A stretch of DNA of 64,000 nucleotides, from assembly GCA_038330145.1 (NCBI GenBank), contig JBBQNR010000003.1:4579-68578 (forward strand), read 5' to 3'. Within the stretch, counting starts at the first letter, position 1. Every line of letters starts with the position of its first letter. This document shows positions 47,531-55,566 of the stretch, piece after piece. The notes under the pieces are model-generated. The model was not told the origin of the DNA, searched no databases, and worked only from the letters and a program-made list of their open reading frames with translations. The translations under genes and the position numbers were made by a program. Source of the DNA: Solirubrobacterales bacterium (lineage in GTDB: Bacteria; Actinomycetota; Thermoleophilia; Solirubrobacterales; JBBDJG01).

Positions 47531-50500
47531 ATGAGGCAGCTGGCCCGCTTCGCGACCCGGCGGCCCGGAACGGTGCTGCTCGTGTGGGCACTGGCCTTCG
47601 TGCTGGCGCTCATCTTCGCCTCGGCGGCGCGCAACAGCGTCCACGAGACGGACCTCCAGATCCCCGGCACCGAGTCGGCCAAGGCCGACGAGCTGACCCG
47701 GCAGCAGTTCGGCGGGACTATCAGCATGGCGATCCTGCTCAAGGGCCCGCCACGATTGGTGGAGGAACGCGGCCCCGGGCTGGTGCGTGCGCTGGAGCGC
47801 ATCGACGGCGTCGAGGTTCTGAGCCCGTGGGCGATCGGCGGCGCGCGGGTGCTGCGCGAACCGCCCGGTCAGGCTCTGCTGACGCTCCAGGTCCGCAAGC
47901 CTTTCGAGCAGATCTCCGACGAGACGACACCTGAGGTCGAGCGTGTCCTGAAGCGCAACGTCCAGCCACCGCTGACGACGGAGCTGACGGGGCTGGCACC
48001 GCTCGTGCGGGCGCTGAACGAGGCCTCGATCGACTCGCTCGACCAGGGCGAGCTGATCGCGCTTCCGATCCTGTTCGTGATGCTGTTGCTGATATTTCGC
48101 AGCCCCCTGGCCGCACTCATTCCCGCCATCAGCGGCCTGCTCGTCACGCGCATCGGCACGGCGGCGATGGGCGGAGTGAACCAGGTGATCGAGGTCGACG
48201 CGCTGTCGCTCAACATGGTGACGATGATCGGGCTCGCGCTCGGCGTCGACTACTCGCTGCTGATCGTGTCGCGTTTTCGTGAGGAGCTGGCGGCCGGCAA
48301 GACTGTGGCCATCGCGGTGGAGGAATCGGTCGCGCGCGCGGGCCGCACCGTTCTGTTCGCCGGTACCGCGCTCGCGGTCGGCATGCTGGGAGCGATGTTC
48401 ATCGCGCCGGGAGCGTTGCTCGTGTCGGCGACGATGGGCGTCGTGATGGCAACCCTGCTCGCCGTCTCGGTGGCACTGTTCGCGATGCCGGCGGGTCTGA
48501 CCCTGCTGGGCACGAACATCGACCGCTGGCGGTTCGGGATCGGCGGCGGCACCAACCCCTGGGTGCGAATCTCCGAGCGGGCGCTGCGCAAGCCGGGAGT
48601 GGCCGCCTTCTTCGTGCTGCTTCCGCTGCTCGTCCTGTCAGCCCCTGCTCTGGCACTCAACACCGGCCCGCCGAACGTCGCCAATTTGCCGCCGGACAAT
48701 CCCTCGCGCAAGAGCTACGAGGCGTTCGAGAAGGACCGCGGCGCGGGCTGGTCGACGCCATACGAGGTCGTCTTCCACGCCGACGGGCCGATTACGACGG
48801 GCAAGCGCCTGCGTGTCCTTCAGAGCTTCCAGGAGCGCGCTGCCCGGCTCTCCGGCGTCGATGCCGTGCTGGGCCCCGCTGCGCTGCGGGAGCGGACCGC
48901 GGTGCTGCGGCAGATAACGCGCCAGATCGTGACCGGTGGGGCCCAGATCGCGCGTCTCGAGCGCGGGCTGCGCCGCGTCCGCACGGGCACCGGCCAGCTC
49001 AGGGACGGCCTGCGGGAGGCCGACGCCGGAGCGAACCAGCTCGCCCAGGGCCTCGGGCAGGCGGCGGACGGCTCGGGGCAGATCGCCGGCGGCACGCGAG
49101 CGGCGACCCCGCAGACCAAGCAACTTGCGGCGGGGGTCGCGCAGACGCACGAGGGCGCGGACAAGATCAGACGCGCGGTGAGGCGACTCGCCCGTGGCTC
49201 CAAGCGGCTACGCGACAACATGAAGACGCTGGCCGACTCGCTCACCGACGCGGACAGGAACTCCGACACCCGGCTCAACAACCCTCTCAACCGGTCGCAG
49301 TCGGCTGTCCAGTCGGCGCTTCGTAACCTCGGCACGATCTCGCCCGCCGCCGCCGCCGACCCCCAGGTTCAGCGCGCACGCGCGGACGTCCAGCGTGCGC
49401 TCTCAGAGCTCGGCCCGCTGAAGACGAACATCACCGACTACACGACCGAGCTGAACACGAACGCGCTCGCTGCAAGGGAGATCCATCGCGGCTTGAAGCG
49501 CCTGACCTCGGGCCTCGCCGACCTCACAACCGGCAGCAGGCAGCTCGAGGCCGGCATCGCGCGCACGGCGTCCGGCTCAGCCGACCTCGCGAGCGGAGTG
49601 GACCGCCTCGGCTCCGCCACCACGCAGCTGTCGAATGGCCTCAACACGCTGCTCACAGGACCCAACGGCAACGGAGGCGCTCGCTCGCTCGCCGCCGGGC
49701 TCGACAACGCTGCCGCCGGCAGCAACCGCATCGGCCGCGGCATCCAGCGCCTGCTGGACGGCGTTGTGCGCGTACGGAGCCGCAACGACAGCCAACAGGA
49801 GCAGTTGCGACGCAGCGGCACCGACGTCAACCGGGCGGCTTCCTCCGGCTACTTCGTGCTCGCCGCGGTGGAGGGAGCGCAGCCTCAGACGCGCACCAAC
49901 GTCGGCTTCGCGATAAATGCCCGCAACGGCGGCAACACTGCGCGCGTGACCGTCGTGCCCCACGGGGGCGCCTTCGATCCCGGCAGCGTCGCGCTACGCG
50001 ACGATCTCGAGCGGCTCGCGGGCGACGCCGCCAAGGAGCTCAACGCCGAGGCCGTCGTGGGAGGCCCCGCCGTACTACTGGACGACTTCGACCAGGCCAC
50101 GACCGCGCGCTTCCCGTTCCTGGTGCTGACGCTGGTGCTGGTGACCTTCCTGGTGCTGCTGATCGTCTTCCGCTCGCCGGTGCTGGCCTTCTGCGCGGTG
50201 ATCCTCAACCTGGTCACCGTCGGAGCAGCCGTGGGAGTGCTGATCATCTTCTTCCAGAGCGACCCGCCGCTGCTCGGAGGTCCCGGCTATCTGGATGCGA
50301 TTGCGCTCAGCGGCCTGTTCGCGATCATCTTCGGGCTCTCGATCGACTACGAGGTGTTCCTGATCAGCCGTCTGCTCGAGGGCAGGGCGATCACGGGCAC
50401 GACCGAGGGAGCGATCCGCTACGGCCTCGAGAAGACCGCCACCATCATCACGGGCGCCGCTTTCATCATGGCCGCCGTGTTCCTGGCCTTCGCCGTCTCA

Positions 50501-50671
50501 CCGGTCACCAACACGCGCCAGTTCGGCATCGGCCTCACGACGGCCGTGCTGCTGGACGCGACGGTAGTTCGCCTGATCCTGCTCCCGGCCCTGATCCGCC
50601 TGTTCGGAGAGCGAACCTGGGACGTACCCCGCTGGCTCGACCGCATCCTGCCGCGTTTCTCTACGCACTGA
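47531..50671 (+). CDS. MMPL/RND-superfamily transporter with a very large central soluble insert
   Basis: Two 6-TM bundles (about aa 180-370 and 880-1040) with MMPL-type motifs ('IGLALGVDYSLLIVSRFREE', 'GLSIDYEVFLISRL'). The central ~450 aa is rich in Leu-x-x-Gly heptad-like repeats. Confidence 0.88.
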   Translation: MRQLARFATRRPGTVLLVWALAFVLALIFASAARNSVHETDLQIPGTESAKADELTRQQFGGTISMAILLKGPPRLVEERGPGLVRALERIDGVEVLSPWAIGGARVLREPPGQALLTLQVRKPFEQISDETTPEVERVLKRNVQPPLTTELTGLAPLVRALNEASIDSLDQGELIALPILFVMLLLIFRSPLAALIPAISGLLVTRIGTAAMGGVNQVIEVDALSLNMVTMIGLALGVDYSLLIVSRFREELAAGKTVAIAVEESVARAGRTVLFAGTALAVGMLGAMFIAPGALLVSATMGVVMATLLAVSVALFAMPAGLTLLGTNIDRWRFGIGGGTNPWVRISERALRKPGVAAFFVLLPLLVLSAPALALNTGPPNVANLPPDNPSRKSYEAFEKDRGAGWSTPYEVVFHADGPITTGKRLRVLQSFQERAARLSGVDAVLGPAALRERTAVLRQITRQIVTGGAQIARLERGLRRVRTGTGQLRDGLREADAGANQLAQGLGQAADGSGQIAGGTRAATPQTKQLAAGVAQTHEGADKIRRAVRRLARGSKRLRDNMKTLADSLTDADRNSDTRLNNPLNRSQSAVQSALRNLGTISPAAAADPQVQRARADVQRALSELGPLKTNITDYTTELNTNALAAREIHRGLKRLTSGLADLTTGSRQLEAGIARTASGSADLASGVDRLGSATTQLSNGLNTLLTGPNGNGGARSLAAGLDNAAAGSNRIGRGIQRLLDGVVRVRSRNDSQQEQLRRSGTDVNRAASSGYFVLAAVEGAQPQTRTNVGFAINARNGGNTARVTVVPHGGAFDPGSVALRDDLERLAGDAAKELNAEAVVGGPAVLLDDFDQATTARFPFLVLTLVLVTFLVLLIVFRSPVLAFCAVILNLVTVGAAVGVLIIFFQSDPPLLGGPGYLDAIALSGLFAIIFGLSIDYEVFLISRLLEGRAITGTTEGAIRYGLEKTATIITGAAFIMAAVFLAFAVSPVTNTRQFGIGLTTAVLLDATVVRLILLPALIRLFGERTWDVPRWLDRILPRFSTH

Positions 50672-50727
50672 GTCGGGTCGGACTGCCTACGACCCGGGTC
50701 GGGTCGGGTCGGACTGCCTACGACCCG
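50672..50727. repeat. Two tandem copies of a 25-nt hairpin-forming unit just after the MMPL stop
   Basis: gtcgggtcggactgcctacgacccg occurs at 50672-50696 and again at 50703-50727. Each copy folds as gggtcg-(9 nt)-cgaccc. Confidence 0.7.
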
Positions 50728-50846
50728 ATGGTCTGAAGGCTGATGGAGGCGCGAGGGGTATCCCGCCGACGGCTTTGATTGTGCCTGAGGCGGGGTGCCC
50801 CTCGTGCCGACCCCCAACCCCTCATCCTTAGCCTCTTGGAAAGCCA

Positions 50847-50874
50847 GAGGGCCGGTCGATTAAGACCGGCCCTC
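50847..50874. terminator. 11-bp perfect hairpin between convergent genes
   Basis: gagggccggtc-gattaa-gaccggccctc, located between the MMPL stop and the stop of the 50899 gene. Confidence 0.55.
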
Positions 50875-50898
50875 GTTGAAGAAGTACTGCCTATTCGC

Positions 50899-51834
50899 CT
50901 ACTCGAACTTCGGGCAGGGCAGCTCCACGGTCTTCGTGATGTTGGGCTGTGGGGCGTCGTAGCCGTAGAAGGCCAGGAAACTGAGCTTGCCCGACGGCGG
51001 GCATGTCGGCCGCGTGAACCAGAAGACGTTGCTCTTCTTCACCTTCTTCTTCACACACTTGCCCCTCTTCTTCTTGACACACGTTGTCTTCTTCTTCTTC
51101 AGCGTCAGGCCCTTGGTCGTGACGTTGACCTCGGAGACGCTGATGTTGACGCCCTGGATCGGCCCCACTGGAAGCACGAGCTTGTAGCCGTACTTGCCCT
51201 CGGTCGGCTCATCGAACCAGTTCGCCGCCAGCGCAACGCGGGTGTCCCTGACCACCGGCGTGTTGCGGACCACGGGGGCGTCCTCGTCGGGGACCCCGAT
51301 GATCTGGAACGAGGCCTTTGCGCCCGGCAACGTTCGCTTGCCGAAGAACAGATAGATGCGCGCGGGAATCGGCTCGTTGATGAATGGGCGGGCGTCCACC
51401 TGGACGGTGCCCTGCGCAACCTTGGAGGCGATGCAGGTCTCGATATTCCTGACGTTCTTCCTCTCCGAGCGGTACTTCTTCAGCCGCTTGGCGAGCGACT
51501 TGAGGTTCTCCATGCGCTTGTAGAACTTGACGTTCCCCTCGGGGTTGAGGCGCAGGGAGTCAAGCAGCTGGCTGCCGTTGCAGTAGTACTTCCTCTTCAG
51601 GAACGCCTTGTTGAACTTGGCGCCGGCCGGGATGCGGAGGAAGTTCTGCTTCAGCACCGGCGGCACCCCTCCGGTGGTGTCGTAGGTCCTGGAGGTGAAC
51701 ACGACCGTGAAACGCCCGTCGCGCTTCACGTCCTTGAGCTGGAAGCTGAACTCCTGCACGGGCTCAGCAAAGGCAACCGAGATCGGCACCATCACGGCAA
51801 GAACAGCTACGGCAACCAGAATCCTTTTCAACAC
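50899..51834 (-). CDS. Secreted Lys-rich six-cysteine protein, paralog A (unknown family)
   Basis: Probable start GTG 51834 or TTG 51831 after GGAGG, giving signal peptide 'KRILVAVAVLAVMVPISVAFA|EP'. The longest ORF extends to 51891. Collinear with the product of 51978..52892, including all six Cys. Lys clusters 'KKKKTTCVKKKRGKCVKKKVKK'. Confidence 0.7.
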   Translation of the reverse strand: MLKRILVAVAVLAVMVPISVAFAEPVQEFSFQLKDVKRDGRFTVVFTSRTYDTTGGVPPVLKQNFLRIPAGAKFNKAFLKRKYYCNGSQLLDSLRLNPEGNVKFYKRMENLKSLAKRLKKYRSERKNVRNIETCIASKVAQGTVQVDARPFINEPIPARIYLFFGKRTLPGAKASFQIIGVPDEDAPVVRNTPVVRDTRVALAANWFDEPTEGKYGYKLVLPVGPIQGVNISVSEVNVTTKGLTLKKKKTTCVKKKRGKCVKKKVKKSNVFWFTRPTCPPSGKLSFLAFYGYDAPQPNITKTVELPCPKFE

Positions 51835-51977
51835 GCCTCCATCCCCTGTCTTTCGGGCAATCGTAAACGACCCCCGCCGGCACTGCGCCACCTTTCACGA
51901 CGCCGATTGTTCGATTTCACGCTCTCTGAAACACCTTCAACGGTCCCCAAGGATCGGCGCAAAGGCAAAAAGATCGC

Positions 51978-52892
51978 CTAGACGCCCGGGATGGCGCCGT
52001 GGCGCTTGGCCGAGGGACGGCGCAGGAAGCGCTTGCAGTTGACCTTGCGCCGCTTGCGGATCGTCGGGCGCCCCTCGAACGCGTAGTCGGCGCCGAAGGT
52101 GACCCTGCGCGCCTTCTGGCAGCGCGGCACCCGTGTCCAGAAGAGCTTGCGGGAGACGGTCCGCCGAGCCAGACAGCGCCCTCGTGAGCCGAGCGTGCGC
52201 CGAACGCAGCGCCTCTCGTGCCGGACCTGCTTCAGCCCGTTGATCGTCAGGGACAGCTCGGCCAGCTTCAGCACGACCGACGGCAGAACCGGCGTGACGG
52301 TGATCGGCAGGTCGAGACGGTGGCCGAAGCGACCGGTCTCCCGGTACAGCGTTCCCAGGTGGACCTGGAAGTCGTAGGCATGCGACCGCTCATTGGAGGT
52401 GATCAGCGCCACGATCGTCGCCACCGCCTTCGGATCCGTGGAGTGACCGAGATAGAGCTCGACCGCAACGTGAACCGGGTCGAGAATCGCGGGGCGGCCG
52501 TCGAGCACCAACTCGCCGCTTCCGAAATGCGCCCGTTCGCAGAAGGTGGTGTTACGGGTCAGCTCCAGCCGCGTCGGGTCGCAGTAGAAGTGATTGCGCA
52601 GGAACTGCGACCTGATCGAGGCTCCCTTCGGAAACAGGACCTCGGCGGTGGCGAGGGTGGGCGGCGGGCTGCCATCGGTCTCGTAGATGCGCGAGTCCAG
52701 CACGGCCGTGTAGGCGCCCCAGGTCCTGACGTTCTTGAGGCGTGCGTTGAACTCCCCCACCAGCTCGGCCCGTGCAGCCTGCGCGAACGACAGGCAGAGG
52801 AGCAGGACGCCCACTGCAGCGAGCGTGCCCCTCGAACCGCGTTTCCTGCCTGCCTGCGAACCCAAGACATGATCATCCTTGCAGAACGACAC
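51978..52892 (-). CDS. Secreted Arg-rich six-cysteine protein, paralog B (unknown family)
   Basis: Signal peptide 'LAAVGVLLLCLSFAQAARA|EL'. Shares 'EF..LK.V...G.[FY]T.V..SR.Y.T.G..PP.L', 'FL....YC' and 'C....G..G.C......FW.TR.P.C' with paralog A. Confidence 0.7.
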   Translation of the reverse strand: MSFCKDDHVLGSQAGRKRGSRGTLAAVGVLLLCLSFAQAARAELVGEFNARLKNVRTWGAYTAVLDSRIYETDGSPPPTLATAEVLFPKGASIRSQFLRNHFYCDPTRLELTRNTTFCERAHFGSGELVLDGRPAILDPVHVAVELYLGHSTDPKAVATIVALITSNERSHAYDFQVHLGTLYRETGRFGHRLDLPITVTPVLPSVVLKLAELSLTINGLKQVRHERRCVRRTLGSRGRCLARRTVSRKLFWTRVPRCQKARRVTFGADYAFEGRPTIRKRRKVNCKRFLRRPSAKRHGAIPGV

Positions 52893-52961
52893 CGGCCCGC
52901 TTGCAGGCGGGCCGGTGTCTGTGGGGGGGTCGTGTACTGCGGTGTGGAGGGGAGTTCTTGC

Positions 52962-54608
52962 CTACTTCTCCCAGCTGGTGGACCAGCGGCTGCGGCTCCA
53001 GCGGGATCTGCTCCAGCGCGAGCGGGAGGGATCGACCGAGTCTCCCGAGAGCTCCGAGCAGTCGCAGCTCCAGCGTGAGCGGGCAAAGCTGGTGCCGCTC
53101 CAGCGGGATCTGCTCCAGCGGGATCTGCTCCAGCGTGAGCGCTCGTAGTCGATGTTCCCGGTGGCCGGGTCGATCAGCTCGTTGGGGCTGAGGCCCCGGT
53201 TGGCAGTGGCGTTCTTGCCGCTCTGGCTGATGCCCGCCAGCGAGATCATCTTCTCGCTGCCGACGACCGCGCGGCCGCTGTCCATCAGGACGCCCTTGAC
53301 CTGGTCGGGAGTCCAGCCGGGGTGCAGCTCGAGCATGTTGGCCACGGCGCCGGCGACCATCGGTGCCGACATCGACGTGCCACCCGCGCGGATGTACTGG
53401 CCCGAGACCACGCACGAGGGACACATGCCGGCGAACTCGCTGCCCGGCGCCAGGTTGGAGACGATGTGGGCGCCGGGTGCGACGACCTCCGGCTTGGAGT
53501 AGCCGTCCTGGGTGACTCCGCGACTGGACCAGCTTGCGAGCGCGTCGTCGCCGGTCGACTTGGTGCCCTGGTCGTCGACTGCGCCGACCGAGATCACGTA
53601 TGGGTCGTTGCCGGGGGCGTACCTAACGGCGTCGCTGTCCGAGCCACGGTTGCCCGCAGCGGCGACGACGACGATGCCGTTGAACCACGCTGCCTCCGCG
53701 GCGGCAGCCATCGGGTCGGTCTTGTACGACTGGGCCTCGGTCGACTCCAGCGACAGGTTGACGACGCGGATGTTGTAGTCGTCCTTGAAGTCGACGGCGA
53801 ACTGAAGGCCGTAGATGACGTCGAGGACCGTCGCGTCGCCCTCGTCGTCGGAGATCTTGATCGAGACCAGGTCCGCGTTCGGAGCCACGCCGATGTAATT
53901 GCCGTGCAGCGGGTCCGAATCCGAGCGGTTGTTGCCGTTGCCGGCGATGATCCCGGCCACGTGAGTGCCGTGGCCGTACTGGTCGTTGTCATTGGTCGCG
54001 CCCGGGTTGATCGTCGCGGTCGCCACGACCCGAGAGGTCGGGTCGGTCTGTGACTCGCGGAAGTCCGGCTGGTCACCTGCGACGCCGGTGTCGATCACCG
54101 CGACGCCGACGCCCTCGCCGGTCGCGCCCTTGGACCAGGCGTGCGGCGCCTTCAGTGAAGCGTCGTAGGAGGTGGCCAGCTTGCTGTCATCGATGCTGTT
54201 CTTCTTGACAGTCGAGTTGAGCGAGACGACGCGCACGCCGGGATAGGAGGCGAGGGTCTGCGCCTTCGCCGCCGTTATGCGAGCGGCCAAACCGTTGATC
54301 ACGTGCAGATCGCCGGTGACCTGGCCACCGGCGGCGGAAATCAGGTCCTTACCCACTCTGGGGTTCGTCCCGCGGTCGAGCTGGACGATCACCTCGACGC
54401 GGCGCGCCGGATGACTGCCCGCCATCTCCGCCAAGCCTGAGCTGACGACTCCCGTGGCGGTGTCGTTACCGGTCGAGCCGGTCTGCTGCCCGTACCCGAA
54501 CCCCGAGAGGGAGAGGGCAAGGGCCGTCATGAACACCGTGAAGCTCGCCAGGCCCACCGGCCATGCAACCTTGTGAAGCCGGTAGGGAGGACTTGCGGAG
54601 TTGAACAT
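52962..54608 (-). CDS. S8 (subtilisin-like) serine peptidase with a C-terminal (RSRWS)n repeat tail
   Basis: GGAGG SD 8 nt before ATG 54608. Signal/anchor 'LASFTVFMTALALSL'. Catalytic triad contexts 'VAVIDTGV', 'HGTHVAGIIAG', 'GTSMSAPMVAG'. Confidence 0.9.
   Translation of the reverse strand: MFNSASPPYRLHKVAWPVGLASFTVFMTALALSLSGFGYGQQTGSTGNDTATGVVSSGLAEMAGSHPARRVEVIVQLDRGTNPRVGKDLISAAGGQVTGDLHVINGLAARITAAKAQTLASYPGVRVVSLNSTVKKNSIDDSKLATSYDASLKAPHAWSKGATGEGVGVAVIDTGVAGDQPDFRESQTDPTSRVVATATINPGATNDNDQYGHGTHVAGIIAGNGNNRSDSDPLHGNYIGVAPNADLVSIKISDDEGDATVLDVIYGLQFAVDFKDDYNIRVVNLSLESTEAQSYKTDPMAAAAEAAWFNGIVVVAAAGNRGSDSDAVRYAPGNDPYVISVGAVDDQGTKSTGDDALASWSSRGVTQDGYSKPEVVAPGAHIVSNLAPGSEFAGMCPSCVVSGQYIRAGGTSMSAPMVAGAVANMLELHPGWTPDQVKGVLMDSGRAVVGSEKMISLAGISQSGKNATANRGLSPNELIDPATGNIDYERSRWSRSRWSRSRWSGTSFARSRWSCDCSELSGDSVDPSRSRWSRSRWSRSRWSTSWEK
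52980..53141 (-). repeat. 15-bp coding tandem repeats (agatcccgctggagc-like) encoding RSRWS units
   Basis: Three units at 53097-53141, one at about 53067-53084 and three at about 52980-53026. The + strand reads gctccagcgggatct. Confidence 0.85.
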
Positions 54609-54848
54609 CAGAGCAACCTCCGTGTCGCTCGAAACAAATTAGAGCCGGTAGCTGGGCTGTCTTGCCTCCTTGCAAGATGCGAGACCCCTAGCTTTGCGAC
54701 CCCGCCTCACGACGGGTTTGCCCGATGCAGCTCCCTGCAAGGTCAGAAATCGGCTCCGGGCAGCGCCGACTTGAGAAGGGGTGGACGTATGTCCTAGGGT
54801 CCGGACCCCATTGCTGAAACTCGCCCTTGCCGAGCAAGCCCAGAGTTG

Positions 54849-55157
54849 CTACTGGGGAACGTCTCTCCGTCGCAGAGGCGTAGGAGCGATTCTCAGTTGC
54901 ACCATCGCGATGATGAACGTTGCGAGGAAAGGCAGAGGCAGCATGACGAGGAGCGCGCCCAGAACTTGCTGCCGGTCGGTGCAGCTCGGCCAGCAATCGA
55001 AAGCGGCAGCATCGTTGGAGAGATAGAAATCGACGATCCACAGGAGCGCCAGCAACGGGAGCAGCAGGCGGAAGAACCAATGCAGCCGCGGCAGGAAAGG
55101 CGCAGCGGAACCGAGGACTGGAACCGCGAAGAGCAATAGGACCAAGACGTAGTACAC
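54849..55157 (-). CDS. Small hydrophobic protein (about 3 TM), weak call
   Basis: 102-aa ORF with a GTG start and segments 'YYVLVLLLFAVPVLG', 'LLLPLLALLWIV', 'LLVMLPLPFLATFIIAM'. It lies in a stretch that looks lower in G+C. An antisense charged ORF (54846..55139 +) cannot be excluded. Confidence 0.35.
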   Translation of the reverse strand: MYYVLVLLLFAVPVLGSAAPFLPRLHWFFRLLLPLLALLWIVDFYLSNDAAAFDCWPSCTDRQQVLGALLVMLPLPFLATFIIAMVQLRIAPTPLRRRDVPQ

Positions 55158-55278
55158 CGTCCGCAGATTCTCGCACCGGGCATCGATTACCGGCTAAAAG
55201 CCCCTCTCGTGAGAAGCTTTTCCACCGGGCGCGCCCGATCCGAATATGGCGACCGAGCTGCGCTCGTCCCGAAATGAC

Positions 55279-55306
55279 AAAAGCCCCGCTTTACGGCGGG
55301 GCTTTT
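55279..55306. terminator. Bidirectional intrinsic terminator immediately 3' of tRNA-Lys
   Basis: aaaa-gccccgc-tttacg-gcggggc-tttt. On the minus strand it follows the tRNA end (55311) by 4 nt and is followed by a U-run. Confidence 0.8.
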
Positions 55307-55310
55307 CCAG

Positions 55311-55384
55311 TGGGCCGTGAAGGACTCGAACCTTCAACCTTGAGCTTAAGAGGCTCCTGCTCTGCCAAATTGAGCTAACGGCCC
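55311..55384 (-). tRNA. tRNA-Lys (anticodon CTT)
   Basis: The reverse complement folds as acceptor GGGCCGT/ACGGCCC, D arm GCTC/GAGC, anticodon loop CTCTTAA, T arm GAAGG-TTCGAGT-CCTTC. One 27:43 mismatch. No encoded CCA. Confidence 0.88.
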
Positions 55385-55566
55385 TGGTCGTTTTCATCCT
55401 AGCGATGGACGCACGCCCGCCGGCCCGGCGCTCCGTTGGTCCCAGTACCAGAAGGGACGACGTGCGGCGTACCCGCCCGAGCTCATCGGCGGGCGGCGGG
55501 ATGCCCCCGGACGACCTTCCTCGTTTGACCCAAGGGGGAGGAGGGGCTGGCCGCCGTTGGCCGCCG

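Noticed and set aside
52879-53148. + strand ORF with 'LQRDLLQRE' repeats
   Set aside because: It is the reverse-complement reading of the RSRWS-encoding 15-bp repeats inside the S8 protease gene, which has an intact catalytic triad and a continuous frame.
50672-55384. Classical tRNA-Lys-integrated genomic island or prophage remnant
   Set aside because: There is no integrase, transposase or phage gene. I could not find a convincing direct repeat of the tRNA 3' end near 50.7 kb; only a 6-nt 'tgaagg' coincidence. It is retained only as a low-weight composition note.
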